A DNA stretch of 64,000 nucleotides from the human T2T-CHM13v2.0 reference genome, Homo sapiens. Positions 44,401 through 62,085 of the stretch are shown in pieces. The translations under genes were made by a program, and so were the position numbers. The notes under the pieces were generated by a model that did not search any database, was not told the origin of the DNA, and was given only the letters and a program-made list of their open reading frames with translations. The stretch is taken from the NCBI RefSeq assembly GCF_009914755.1, contig NC_060934.1; one strand, 5' to 3'. Position 1 is the stretch's first letter. Every line of letters begins with the position of its first letter.

Positions 44401-44649
44401 TCAGCCTTGTACTGATCCTTCAGTGTTTTTTGTGTTCACCTATGTTAAATGTCATTTCTCTCTGTCCTTTGCCAGAGAGGCTTTTGAATCTAAGCCAAAA
44501 AAGGCATTTATTATACACAGAGTTATGTTCTCTGGCATGTAGAATACTCTTGTATGCTGGCCACTCCACTCGGACTTAGTGTATTCCTATAAATATGTCT
44601 GTTGCTTTCAAAGGCTATGATATGGAGGGAACAATGGTATGTTTAGTGC

Positions 44650-44683
<34 letters not shown>

Positions 44684-45814
44684 TACAGAGACACACACAG
44701 AGGATCTCATATCTTTAGGCATCAGAACGCTAAGGTACAGAATGCCTCTACACTGTTGGAAATCCTCTCTGTTGTTTGACCATAATGCTACTTGCTACTC
44801 CTGTCTCTTATCTTAATCATGATGACTCCTGATCACTCTGCTTTTCTCTTTCCTTTCTGCTTTTTCATTTTCTCTTGATAGTTGCACTATGCATGTTAGT
44901 ATCACATGATTTGAGTAGGACCTTGCTTGTTATCCCATAATTGGCAACTAAGATTCAGAATGGAGAGCCATGTGGCCCTGGCATTCTGAAGAGTGCTTTG
45001 AAAGATCTGCCAACACTTGAAGGCATACACTTCTCCTTCACACTTAATGAGAGGTGGCAGAAACTTCTCTAATAACAACAGCCACTATTACAAACCACCC
45101 TACTACCCTGAACACCTTCTCCCCAATAAGAAGATTAAAGAGAGAAGAAAGAAGTACAAAGTCATTGGTGATAAAAGTGGTGGGAAATGGGTAGGCCCCA
45201 TAAAGGCGAGTAGATGATCTCTTGGGAGAAAGAACTTTCCAAGGAAATCTCTCTTAAATATTGGGCATGTCTACAAGAGGAGGAGGCCAGAGTTTCTTTC
45301 CCTGGTTGCACAACTGCTTAAGTGACAGACTTGTTGATGTGCCCCAATGCCTATGAAAAGAGACTTGAAGAGAGAATTGGGGAGAAACTCTCCCGCAGTG
45401 TAGCATAAGTCAAGTAGGTATCACTGAATGAAGCTGGGCTTGTGCTCTCTCTCTGATAACCCACCCACGAAGCCTGCCTGCTAGGTTAGTAAAGCCCAGC
45501 AACTAGAGACCATCAGATATTCTGCTGGTATCAGAGGGTAAGGAGACATGGGAGATACCGATTTTCTCATGTTAGTGAAGTATGCAATGGGAACCTTCAT
45601 GGGTGTCTTTTAAAAAAAACTCTTCAACTCCCACGAGAGAGCTGCACCTGTGGAGGCTGTCAGCAGCCAGTTAATATTAGAGAAGCACTGGGAAGCAGTG
45701 GAAAGAGAATTGTGACTGCATCCAGGTAAGTAAGGAGATATTTGCTTTTTCTTTGATCCCTTTTTCCTCTGAATAGCTAATCTCTATTGGTACTATTCCA
45801 TGGGCTTTCCAGAT

Positions 45815-45975
45815 ATTGGCTCATCTAATCCTTCTAGCAACATGGGATTACATTGGTTCTACTGTTGTTCTTTTGCATGTATAGGAACTAAGGCACAGAA
45901 AGGTTTGTTACCTAGGATTTGGATTCGGGGGTCTGGCTTCCAAGACCATGCTATCACTACCATATTGTACTTGTA
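45815..45975 (-). mobile_element. MIR
   Basis: ctcatctaatcctt...ggaactaaggcacagaaaggtt...ggattcgggggtctggcttccaagaccatgct. Confidence 0.6.
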
Positions 45976-48900
45976 CTGCCCTACCACCCAATATTGAGAT
46001 AAATCACTTTCAAATATTTTTTTGAATATAACCGTAAGAAATATATTGACCCACTACTTGACCCACTACGTAGCTACATAAAAATAATGAAACAACATTT
46101 CATGAAACAATACTTATATGTAATATAACCTTATCATTTTGTCTTGTTTTCTCTTACATTAACGATGCTAGTCACTATCTACTGAAGAGATGATCTGCAG
46201 CCCTGAAGAAGTTTGAAAGGAGAAAAGAACAGTGCCATTCCTAATGTATATTTCCTCTCTCTGTCTCTTTCTCCCTGTCTTCTTCCTTTACTCCACTGCC
46301 TCCCTTGCAAACCTGAGTTTCCTGAGCTGTTAACTCTAGCTGGTCATGTGGAGTAGGTTAACTTTGAATTAACTGGTTATGAGAGTGGAGTGTTACATTT
46401 CACTGGACTGAGTTTCTGATACTACAAGTGACCAGAACTTTATGGAATCTTACCTTAATGTTAATACATGAGAAAGAGGGATTCCAGAGAGCACAGTTAA
46501 AAACAGTGATGGTGTCCTATCCCCACCAAATGATGATTATTTTAGTGAGCTGGTTGTATCAGCCTTCAACTGTTGGGACTATGTGAGGGGCTTGCAGTCC
46601 AGTCAGGATGACCCTGTCTTCAAGGGGTTGTGCCTATCATCCATGGAACATTGGCTACACTATTCTTATTCATGGCTCAAATGGGGCTGTCAGGATTCTA
46701 ATTCCAGACCTCAAGCTACTTTGTGTTACTAGCCTAGAGTAGGCTTTACTGAAATAGCTTATTTTGCTAAGTCAGACTTGTTTATTACTGCATTTATTAT
46801 GTGCAGCACACTCATATTCATTCATTCCTCCTTGGCTTATAATTTCTTTTCAATAAAACTCAGGCTCCTCGTATCCTTTTTATAAGCTTTTCAAGTTAAC
46901 CTGGAGCTCCCCTTGTTAAAAATAAATAAATAAGTCAAAATGAAAAGATGTCTTGGTGGGAGAAGGTGAAACCAACTGCAGTCAGTCTTTGAAAATTTAC
47001 AAGACATACAAATGTTAATGGTAACACTTCTGTTAGAGTTTGTGGAATCATGCTTTTTAAAGACCAAAAAACTACTGGGCTCCCTCCTCACCCCACTCCC
47101 AGCTTACAAATTACTTTTGTAGACGATGAGGAATGCCTGCCCTGAGCACTTTCCAGGCTAAAATGATTGCTACCACGCTCTAAGCTTTGTGACCTTAATT
47201 GCCCATTTGTCTGGAAGTTGGAGTAAAGCCAGACTCTTCTCTAAGGGAGATTTTGGCCTTGTTCACAAATACTTCCTCTGCACAGTGAGATGGGTTGTCT
47301 GTCTTGGTTTTATTTGGCATGAGGCCATCTGCCTGTGTTGCGAGACAGTGAGCAGAAAAGACCCAGCACACACCACTATTGTGGAGGACATCACCCACCA
47401 CATCACAGACTGGACTCTATGAAAAACCGCCGGGGAAACTGCCTGCAGATCTTCATACCAGCAGCATCTGTGCTTCCATCCTGAAAGAGTGGTTTGCTTT
47501 TTAGCTATGGACAATGTGAATCCTGTTCAGATGTTGTTTCTCTCTTTGCTTGAGGGACATGGGAGTAAAATTTGCAGCCCAAAATAGCGGCCATTCAAGC
47601 CCTGTGTAGTGAAATTCAGTGTTCCAATCCTAACCTTTGTTTTATTATTTCCCTATCCTGATTTTCCTTATGAGATTCTCTCAGTTCTTTATTTTATGTT
47701 TTTGTTTCTTTTGTGCTTTTTTAGACACCTCCAGTCCTCTTGGTGAAATACATACATCTAGAGTGCTGTTGCCAAGTAAATACAGTGTGTTTTTAAAGCT
47801 TTAGTCTTTTTTAACCTGCTACATAAAATAGTGATTCTATTTGAAAATAAGTTATTTCCCCAAATTTATAGTGGATGACTGAAATCATAACTTTTCTAGA
47901 AATCTTGAGATCTTGTTGTAAGCTTGGCAAAGGTAGACATGATTAAGTAAAAGTGCATCCTTTTCTTGAGATAACAGGATTAAGATGGTTGAAAAGTCAT
48001 GTTAATTGCTCAATAGACCTTGTTGGTATTAAAATTTATGGAACCACCCAGAGGGCCATTCCAAATTCGGTAATGAACTGAGATAGAAAGCATATTTAAA
48101 GTTCATATTTAATAGTTCAGAAGACAAAAATGGAGTTGGAGGCATTGATACTGAGAAGCAAGAGACCTATTAGCTGGGTTACTTAGGTCATTTTACCTTT
48201 TTTTAAATTGGTCATTTCATCTATAACATGAAGAAACTAGATGAACATAACCAATCTATCATCTCTAGAGTTTTGTGATTTATTTTTCAAATGCAGCTGA
48301 AATAGACCCTCAAAAAGAAAATTTACTATTATTGCTTGGATAAGTAAAAATTTGGGAATCCTGAGTTTTGAGGTCCTTAGCGGTAGCCAAATTAATATGT
48401 TAATTCACAGACCCTCATTGCTGTCTCTTGGCACAGTGTCTGGGGCTCTAGACACAGTCTTTTGCTCGTAAATCTGAACATATAATAGTAATTTATAATA
48501 AAGCAAATTGAAGAAGTTCTGTATACACACACTTGCATGCATGTGTGATTACAGTAGTTACCAGAAAGATTACCTGCTCATAGTTCTCTTCTTGGTAAGT
48601 TTTAAAATACCCATCATTAGCATTCAATAAATATTTATTGTTTTGATTTGAAATTATACATCATTATCCACGTAACACGGTCAATTATATAATGTCTTGT
48701 TGCCTTACCTTGGAATTAATTTTCTTTTAATTTTTTAAGGATGATAAAATTTTAATATTGTTTACCTCGTTAAACATTTTTGTTTCATGATTTTGGGGGA
48801 GGAGATTGTTTAATATTATTACTGTCTAGTGGAATGTGGCTTCTTTTTACTTATTTTAGAACTCTTAAACTTATCTTACACGTGTAATAGAGGAAGGTAA

Positions 48901-49746
48901 GCACTGCACCTAGCACAGAATTGGAGTTCAGTAAATGTTCTTTTCCTCCTTTCTTTGAATCAGTGTTTGCTGTTAGTAGAAGGCTTCACAGCTAGAAATC
49001 TGTACACATGGAGGCTGAGCAGAGGTTTCCTTGATACCATGTTATATACACTGGAACATTTTGGGCATGCAGGTGAGGGGTTTAATCACCAACGTAAGAG
49101 ACATACAGAAAACAAATTAGTACAAAGTTATTACCTTAGAGCTAATCATTGATTTTTTTATGAAGTAAATAAGAGTGTAGTATTTAAAAGTTAAGTTACT
49201 CTAAAATATGAAGTATATTTAGCTAGGTTGAATTGATTTTGATGGTTTATGCTGCTGATGGTAGCTGCCATATTTCACAAAAGAGAATGCTTTTTCACTG
49301 AGATGGGCAGAAGCAAACACTGCCCTGATTTTGGCCAAGTAACCAGAAATAGTTTTGGGATTCATGGAGCTGTCTCCAAAATTCCAGAGATATTGCATCA
49401 TCTTGGTGGGTCTGGTTTGTTTTCAGTTCTTTTAGAAACTGAGCCCTGCTGATGGGACAAATGCTTGATAAATCACATTCACACCAAGACTGTGGACACA
49501 AAAGACAGTCACAGAAATTTAAAGCCCATTTCATAAGCATCAAACTGTGCACCCCACTTCTGAAGAGTGGCTTTATTTCAGTGAAAATGTGGTTCAGCAT
49601 TTCTTCAAAATATGTGAAGTTTGGACTCCAAATAGTTCAACATGGAAAACTGCTGAAGTGTTGTCTTCATCTGCCATCTGTTCAATCCACACGTCTTGTT
49701 TGAACCAGGGCAGTGCACATCCTTTTACAAGTATTGTTCTTTCTTT

Positions 49747-52745
<2,999 letters not shown>

Positions 52746-54168
52746 TGACCTCAGTAAAAAATATCATCCTTTAATCATAGAGGCTCTAATAAGTTCAGTT
52801 CTAAAATTTTATTCCCTAAGTTCCTTGATCTGAGAATACAACTCAATTACTTCATGTTTTTACAGCCAGCTGAAAGAATTTAAATGACACCTCCATACTC
52901 TACCAGCGGAACTTCCGACCTTCAGTAAATCACAGATGGTTAATTTTATCTCGGCATAACAGTTTATAATCTTGACAATGTCTCCATGACTTAGAAGGTC
53001 ACACACTGGTTGGACATCTATTAGGAGATTGACAGTGACCCAGTCTGGGATTTGCTTGATTATTGAGGCACTTCTACCTTCTGCACTAGCCTCCCTCCAG
53101 CCCCATCTTTCTCCATTCCTCTATCTTAAGTAGGTGCTGTTGTCAAAATGAGCTGCTAGCTTCTCCTCACGTGCGCCATTCCATCTACCTGAATGCTCTC
53201 CTACTATCCCTACTCTTGCCTGGGCGAGATGCATTATTCTTGAAAGGCCAACTCAAATGCCATTTTTTTCCATGAAGTCTTTCTTCATCACAGGGAGCTG
53301 GAAATGATCACTGTCTATTGAAATGTTCTGTGTTGTAGTGCACCATCTTGTCACTCATTGGCGTTTTTGTCTGCATGCATCACTGCTCTGCATTATAATA
53401 GGTGTGCTATAGTCAGGTAAAGGTAAGGATTGCTGTTTTTGCTTTTTTGTATGTTCCTGAGGAACGTGCACTAGTAGTTTTTGTATATCTCAGTAGGAGC
53501 TCAGTATCATTGAGTGACTGAACATTCCCTTGATTGAACTGGCACCACCTGCAGGTACACTGTGATTGAGAGTAGTAGGAGTGGTCTGGAGCCACTCAAG
53601 TTACCTTAGGGTAGGAAGATTTTTCTGAAAGTGAAATTGTTTTGTTTACATGTTAATTTAAATTCTTGCTTAGTTAATGTATTTTCAAGATTCAGGATTC
53701 AAAATGTACAAAGGGGTATATATAATGTTAAAAGAGCTTCAGTCTCCTTTCTTTGCCTGGCATGTACTTAACATTTCCACTTTTGAATTTGCTTTTAACT
53801 TTTTGAATTTTTGTTAACTTTAACCATAAATCTAGAAACTTATTCCAATTGATATATAAAGATCACTCATATTTTTTTTCTTCTTGCTGCATATTACATA
53901 TTATTACAATGTGTGGATATAGCGTAAAGAATTCAACCAGTCCCCAGTTGATATGTCTTCAGTTGTACAACTATTTATTGTTAGAGGAGTGAATTTTCAA
54001 CCATTTGCAAAACTGGAGGAGGATTCTGTACTCTTCTCAGTGTGTCACCTTAGGAAAAATTGTGTCAATCTGTCCTTCCACTAGTGGTGTTAACTGTGAT
54101 TACCTAACCAAGTTGGTGAATGATGAGTTTTTTCACTACGACACCACCATTATCCCCTTTGTAATTAA

Positions 54169-54551
<383 letters not shown>

Positions 54552-54559
54552 TCTCTACT

Positions 54560-56700
54560 TTTTAAATGTAGATTACCACTATGATAGTTGCCAAATGGTG
54601 ATTAATTTTATTATGCCATCTGTGTTTGTTACTTAGCATTGTATAATAAAGAGCGCTCTTGTATTCCCTGTTTATCAAATTGCTTATTCGTTTAATGGGT
54701 TTATGGACTTCCATTTTATTCAGTGGATAAATACTGGATAATGGATAAATAATATCAGTATTTGATGCCCAAATTGTTCCAAATTTGGCCAGTAGGAGCC
54801 CTTTCAGGTTGGCTTCTGTGTCCTTTTGACATGCTCCCATCATTCCTGGAGCATTTTCCTGGTTTCTGGCACAAGCAGATGTTCCAGGTTTTTTCTTGTA
54901 CTTTCTGTGCCCCAGCTCTGATCCTTTTTGTGTAGTGGAGGATGGCAACAAGAAGTCATGATCTGGGCCTCAGTGGGTTAATTGGCACTAGAGTGTAATT
55001 GGTTCTGCACCCTCCCAGCAGATAGAACTAGGACATGTATCTGCATGTGTATGAATGTGTGTGTATGTATACACATACGTATATCTATGACTAATTCTAT
55101 ATGTGTCTATATAACTTTTTTAAAAGAGTTCATTCTGGGCTATTAAAAAGTCAAAAAATAACAGATCTGGTAAGGTTGTTGAAAAAAGGGAACGCTTATA
55201 CACTGCTGGTGAGAATGTAAATTAGTTCAGCCATTATGGAAAGCAGTTTGGTGATTTTTCAAAGAGCTCAATACCATTCAACCCAGCAATCCCATAATTG
55301 GGTATGTACCCGAAGGAATAGAAATCTTTCTACCATAAAGATGCATATGTATGTTCATTGTAGCACTATTCACAATAACAAAGACATGGAATCAACCTAA
55401 ATGTCCATCAATGGTAGACTGGATAAAGAAAATGTGGTACATATACACCATGGAATACTACACACCCATAAAAAAAGAACAAGATTATATTCTTTGCAGC
55501 AACATGGATGGAGCTGGAGGTCATTATCCTAAGTGAACTAACACAGGAGCAGAAAACCAAACACCATGTATTCTCACTTATAAGTGGGAGCTAAACTTTG
55601 AGTACACATGGATGCGGCCTAACTGAGGGTGGAGGGAGGGAGGAGGGTGAGGATCCAAAAACTACCTAATTGGATTCTATGCTTATTACCTGGGTGGTGA
55701 ACTTACTGGTACACGGAACGTGCATGACACACAGTTTACCTGTATAACAAACCTGCACATGTACCCCTGAAACCAAGTTAAAAAAAAGACTGTCTTTCAG
55801 AATTTCTGGGAAAATTTTATGTCAAGTGACTGATAAAAGTAGAAGCCCAGAAAATAGTAGTTATTGGTGAAAATTTCAGAGAGTAAAATAAAAATCTGAG
55901 AAACAGAAGCACTTGAGAAGAAGGTAAAAATATATTATTATAGCAACAAAGTAACAGTACTAATACTGTTATTATTATTATACTGTGCTGACATGTAGTA
56001 TTATATTGTGCTGGCATGGAGGTAGTTTTGTGTGGTTCTTATAAGGAGGATTGTCTAAAAAGGACTCTGAGAGTTCTCTCTGAATTGCCTAAACAATGAG
56101 CTAGTTAGCACTGGGGCTTACCCCTTCTCCTAGCAAGAAGAGCTCCTCATTGTCAGCTGCCTGTGGGTCTAGGGGCCCTTTGCTCCAGCAGAAGGTGCTG
56201 CAGTGAGCCACAGGACTCCAAATCACCAGGTGCTGAGCAGCTAATATTCCCAGACAGCCCTTATAAACAGCAGCACCCAAACCTGGAGTACTTGGTGCTC
56301 AAGTAGTGTATTTGTCTTCTCCCCGACAACACAGGCAATTAACAAGGCCACCTTCCCTTGTTTGTCAAATAAGGAGAGTATAGTAATAGGGGACACATTT
56401 CCTGCCCTAAAATCATTTCTCCAGCAGCATACCCTGGCCCTGGATCACCTCTCCTCAGGAATAATGAGAGATTTCAGGATTGTGTATCTTCTTTTCTTGC
56501 TGACTCTTGTTTTATAAATTTCCTGAAAAAAGTTCATTCCTTAACCCATTAAAAAAAAAAAAGAGTTCATTCTGATAGTTCACATTCTAACCAAATACTT
56601 TAGTGTACTTTTAGCCCGTCTCTTCTCAGAAGGTGAGAAAGCTGGTTTCCAGGATCCTCAGTGTATTAACTTTATGCCTAATTAATTAGTTAATTGTGCT
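54560..56700 (-). mobile_element. Old L1MC-type 3' region, interrupted at 55122-56574
   Basis: tttgatgcccaaattgttccaaatttggccagtaggagccctttcaggttggcttctgtgtccttttgacatg; resumes gagttcattctgata...gtgagaaagctggtttcc after the insertion. Confidence 0.7.
55138..55787 (+). mobile_element. L1PA15/16-like 3' fragment (ORF2 end plus 3'UTR)
   Basis: ORF 55351 ([29 protein letters not shown]); 3'UTR gagggtgaggatccaaaaactacct...aaacctgcacatgtacccctgaa; A8 tail. Confidence 0.88.
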
Positions 56701-58992
56701 GAACATAACCAGTATTCCAACTACTCAGGACTCCTTCTGACACCTTTGTACCCTCCCATTACCTCCCTTCCTTGGCTACCAGTCTCATAGGACTGATGCC
56801 TCTGCCTGGCAACTCCACCCCATCCCATTGCACCTCCTCAGGAGGAGAGGAGAGAAAAGGGAAAGAGAAAGTCACCCCAGGCGACTTCATGTGCTGCCAA
56901 GGTTGAAAGCCACTGTATTTAACATTTACACACATTATGTCTCTTTAAATATTTCAAAGCCTAGATGCTTTCCACATGGAGTAGTAGAGATTTAAGAAAA
57001 GTATATTTTTATCAGCTTCTCTTTTTATAATTTGTCCATTTCTCCCACAAGTGGAATAGAGAGGTAAGTTCTCATTAATTGTGAGGCTGTAGTGGGGTGT
57101 TGATGGCTGGATTTTATTCGAATGTTTTCATTTCCTCTGTGGTTTTAGGGCAGTGGTTTTCCAAATGGTCTGATCTAGTGCATTGGTAGCAACCTGATGC
57201 TGTCAGGTTTTTTAAGGGGGAAGATTCTTATTTTCAAATTCGTAATTTTTTAAAGGGCTCGCATATCGAGCTTGAATTTTTTTTTTTTTTTGTCCCTGAA
57301 GTTCTCTCATGCCAATCCTTGTTTCTGCTTCTTTGCTCAATTCAGAATACTGGTATTCAGTTAGTTCCATGTCATTTCTCTCTGGAGTTTAGAAATGGCA
57401 TTTTAAAGGCATCAGGCATCCCCTAGCCTAACCCCACCTCCTTTAGGAAAACTGGAAGGAGAAAAGGTAGAGGGTCACTGGCCTAGATTATAAAAATCAA
57501 AGCACCAAACCTGATTATAGTCAAAAGAATCCTAAGAGTGATCTGAAGCTAAATTCCATGGCTGTGTGATTCATGATGATCTAAGACCTTTCATCTGTTT
57601 TTCATTTTCTGAAGATTGTTAAGTTGGTTGCTATTATTGGCAATGTTTAGGTTTAAACAATTAGAATTAAGGTATAGAGTTACCTACATATGCTGTGTTC
57701 GGGTTGTGCTCATTTGTTGGCACAAGTTGATTCTGCAAAGGTTATGTGGCAAAAGTTTAATTTAGGTCATCTCTTGCATAGTGGAAATAGCTGAAGTCAT
57801 TGGAGGATAACAGTGCTTTAAGTAAATTTTTACTTAAAAATTTGATTAAGTATTATTGAATTTATACTTCAAATCTGATATAATTTGGCTTTTAACATAT
57901 GAGGCATTGAAATTTGGTATAGTTTTAAAAGATGAAATCAAGAAAGTAAAATCAGAAAAATTCGAGTGTAGGTTGAGAAAAAATTGGAAAAATATAGAAA
58001 ACTATACTTTTTAACCTTAGAACTGTCACATTTTGGAATTAAAAAATTGTTATGAAGAATAAAATGTTCCATCTCTTATGTTCTAAATTTCCATGTATTG
58101 TGTTTTCTCTGCAGTGAGGTCCTTTGAGAGGCACATATGGGTGTGCAGTTCCATTCTCTTAGTGTGTGCCTGTGTATTGAGTAGCACCTGCCTCTGGTGT
58201 ACTTGAAGAAAACTTAAGTGGCTATAGAATTAGTAGTCCCTCCAGGCAAAAATACAAATGACACATATCTTGGACATCTTCTACTAGAAGAATATAAAAA
58301 TCCCAATGGCCTTTAAAAAATTAGAATAATGTTAAAAAACACAATTTATAATTTCGTTTCTAAAATTATCTGAAGGAATTGGAAGGATATTCCATTTTTA
58401 AATGCCCGAATGAAATAATCCTTTTAAACAAGGGTTTTCCACCCATGATGAAGGAGGTTAAATTAAAAACTTAACTAAAATGAGAACAATTGTGTTGTTC
58501 TTTAGTTCTTGCATTAGGAATGTGAAACCAGAAGTCAGCTAAGTCTCCATAGCAAGCATCTGTATTTACAAGATGAGTAACACAAGTCTGAATGTTGCGA
58601 AAGCTCTCGAAAGGTGAAAAAAGTTCAGAATATCAGACGTTTTGACTAGAAACTCTGTCACTGATTATCTCGTATTACAATGAGAAGGGCATGACATGAC
58701 CCCTGATTACTTTTACACCTTTCTTGCTTCTGAATCCTTGTTTTTGAAACATAGGGAAGAACTATTTTGTTGACAACATTGCAGTTTCATATAGTTCATC
58801 CTAATAAATGTATAACAAAACTATCATGAGATAATATAGGAGATTTTGTAACAATCTGGTAAGAAAGGAAAAGTATTGCGAGTTCTGAACATTCAGTTAC
58901 ATGTGGAAAACTTGTATAAAGTGAATTTATTGCATTTGTTGTCATCACTTTTCTGAAAAAGAGAACTCTTGCAACTAAAATAAAATTCTTTT

Positions 58993-59063
58993 TTATCCAG
59001 TGTCTAGAATAGTACCTGCCACACTGTAGGCACTCAATAATGTTTTGTTGAATAAATAAATAA
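58993..59063 (+). mobile_element. L2 3' terminus
   Basis: tctagaatagtacctgccacactgtaggcactcaataatgttttgttgaataaataaat. Confidence 0.7.
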
Positions 59064-59104
59064 AAGATGTCATTTTTATTTGTAGTTGGCTTTGAACATC
59101 CAAT

Positions 59105-59434
<330 letters not shown>

Positions 59435-59449
59435 TAGGTTTTATTTAAC

Positions 59450-61300
59450 AGACATTTTCTTCCTCCCAACTTCTAGCACTGGACAACCTCTGGTGTGTTT
59501 TCTCTTTCTTTTCCAACATGTCATTTAAATCAGGGGTCCCCAGCCCCCAGGCTGTGCACTGGTATCGGCCTGTTAGGAATTGGGTCACACAGCAGGAGGT
59601 GAGCGGTAGCCAAGTGAGCATTACTGCCTGAGCTCCCCTTCCTGTCAGATCAGCGGCAGCATTAGATTCTCATAGGAGCATGAACCCTATTGTGAACTGT
59701 GCATTCAAGGGATCTAGGTTATGCACTCCTTATGAGAATCTAATGCCTGATGATCTGCGGTGGGGCAGTTTCATCCCGAAACCATCTCCCTGCCCCTGCA
59801 TTCGGTGAAAAAATTGTCTTCCATGAAACTGGTCCCTGATGCCAAAAAGGTTGGAGATGGTTGGTTTAAATAGAATCATATGCTATAGTCTTTTGTCTTC
59901 TTTTATTTATTAAATCCTTTGAGATTCATCTCATTTGAGGTTGTTGGGTGTGTCAGTAGTTCATTGCTTTGGTTCTGAGTAGTGGTCTATTGTATGGGTA
60001 TATCACATTAAAAACATTCATTCACTAGTTGATGGAATTTGAGTCATTTTTAATTTAAGGCTTTTATGAATGAAGGTGCTGTAAAATGCACATAGAGGTC
60101 TTTGTGTAAACATATATTTTCACTTCTTTTGTATGAGTGCCTTGGAGTGTAATTGTTGGCTCATGTAAGTGTGTGTTTCACTTTCTAAGAAAGTGCCAGA
60201 TTATTTTCTAAAGTAGCTATGCCATTTCAAATTCCCACCAGCAATATAGGAGAGTTTTAGTTGTTTTACATCCTTGTCAGCACCTGTTATTATCTATCTT
60301 TTGAAATGTTAGTCATTCTGGTGGATACTTAGTAGTTTCTGATTGTGGACTTATTTGCATTTCTCTGAGAACCAATATCGAGCATTTTTTAATGTGCTTA
60401 ATCATTGTTTCCTTTGGTGAAGTATATGTTTGAGATTTTGCTAATTTTTTATTGGATTAAAAAGCATTAAGAGTTCTGGATATAGGTTCTTCATAAGATA
60501 TAGGTTTTGTAAATAGCTTTTTCCTCAGTCTGGCTTTGTTCTGCATTTCAGACATTTTTCATTGGATTATTTTATAGTTTTTATGTCTCTGGTAAAATTT
60601 CCCTTTCTATACAGACACATTGATGATATTTTTCATTAGATCCTTATATTAATTGTAGTTATTTTAAAAGTTCTATCTGATATTTACAAGTCTGGGCCAT
60701 CTTGAGGTCTATTTCATTTGACTATGCTATCTGTTGATGATAGGCTTGTGGGTTTTTTTTTTCCCTCCACTTTTGTGTCTTGTAATTTTTTATTGAATAT
60801 TGGTATTGTGTGTTAAAGAGCAATAGTCTGTGGTAAATAAAATTAATACCCACAATGGTTACTTTTTTTGTTTCTTCAGTTCGTTAATATAGGGGAGTGT
60901 GTCAGTAGTCAGTATTGTCAGCAGTTGAGCTGGGTTTGAATTTTGCTGTTGCTGTAGTTACCTTGAGTGCAAACAGACTTCAGATTTCTCCAGTGGTGGA
61001 TGGATTGCTGCTGCTACATTGAGCTTAATATGAGTCCCGGAGTGTGGTACAGTTTTCTGTGTTCCTGATCTACCTTTGGCTTTCTGCCAGCTCTGTACAG
61101 CTGTGCCACAGGGGTCTGTGTTATTGCCACTTCCCCAGTAGTAGACTACTGATTGTTATTACTTGGTAAAAAGTTCATGGAAGGGTAAGTGGGTGGTTTG
61201 GTAGTCTGTCACTTCCCAGCCTCAGTTTTAGTCAGGTCTTGTGTGCCGAAGCCTCAGGAAAGGGGCATTCTCAGTGTTCCCACCTCTCTCAAAAACAACC
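59450..61300 (-). mobile_element. Old L1M (MD/ME-type) fragments
   Basis: ttgagattcatc, gttgatggaatttgag, ttcccaccagcaatataggagagtt, catccttgtcagcac; boundaries approximate. Confidence 0.65.
59531..59863. mobile_element. MER1B (hAT-Charlie) nested in old L1
   Basis: caggggtcccc...agatcagcggcagcattagattctcatagg...gccaaaaaggttggag; 8-bp TSD atttaaat/gtttaaat. Confidence 0.9.
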
Positions 61301-62085
61301 ATTTTTGAAATCTGCAAGATCAATTTTAATAGTATCTTGTTCCCTTAACATACTTTTGATAACTTCTCTTGTGTTTTTAAGCATAAGTATTCTGTATAAT
61401 ATTATTATAGTGCCTGCATTATTTTAGTGGTCTTTTTCTGTTGACTCTCACTAATCATGGCTTTTCCTCTCATATCTTTGGTGGTTTGATTGTACTTGTT
61501 GAAGCCCGTATTTAAACTCCTTGGCCTCAGAGAGTATTTTTGTCTTTATCTGCCTGGGAATACAGCCATAACTAAATGAATCTGTTTTGCTTTGTTCATG
61601 AATTCTATCACCAATAGTGCATAAATACAATCTTGTGTTTAGGAATTCAGAGGAGAGAGGTTTTTCATTCCCCTTGCTTCACCAAGGCAAAACCAGGCAC
61701 TCATCTACACTGTGAATCACTAAGGGAAAGTTTTATTTTATTTCATCTTCTGAGACTTTATGTGTTTTGATCTGAAATTTATTTTCTATTCTTTAAACAT
61801 TTTTTAAAACCCACGCTGTAGACCACCAGGTATTAGTGGACATTTTGCTGGCAAATGCTGGCTCTAGCCCTAATTTACCCGTCTATTTCTTTGTTATCAT
61901 TTCTGATCTCTAATGAATTTTATAACCTTGCAAAAGTATGGTTTTATATTTTACTCAGCATTTTGAGATATTTTCTGTTTAAACATGTATAGTCGGTTTC
62001 ATCTGAACATCCAGTTTACCCTCTTGCTAGACGTACAAGTTCCTTATGTTCTCATACTTCTGGCCAAGCAGTTGATATATTATAT

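Noticed and set aside
45000-46650. Possible very old LTR-like sequence
   Set aside because: Could not define termini, TSD or family by eye; needs RepeatMasker/Dfam.
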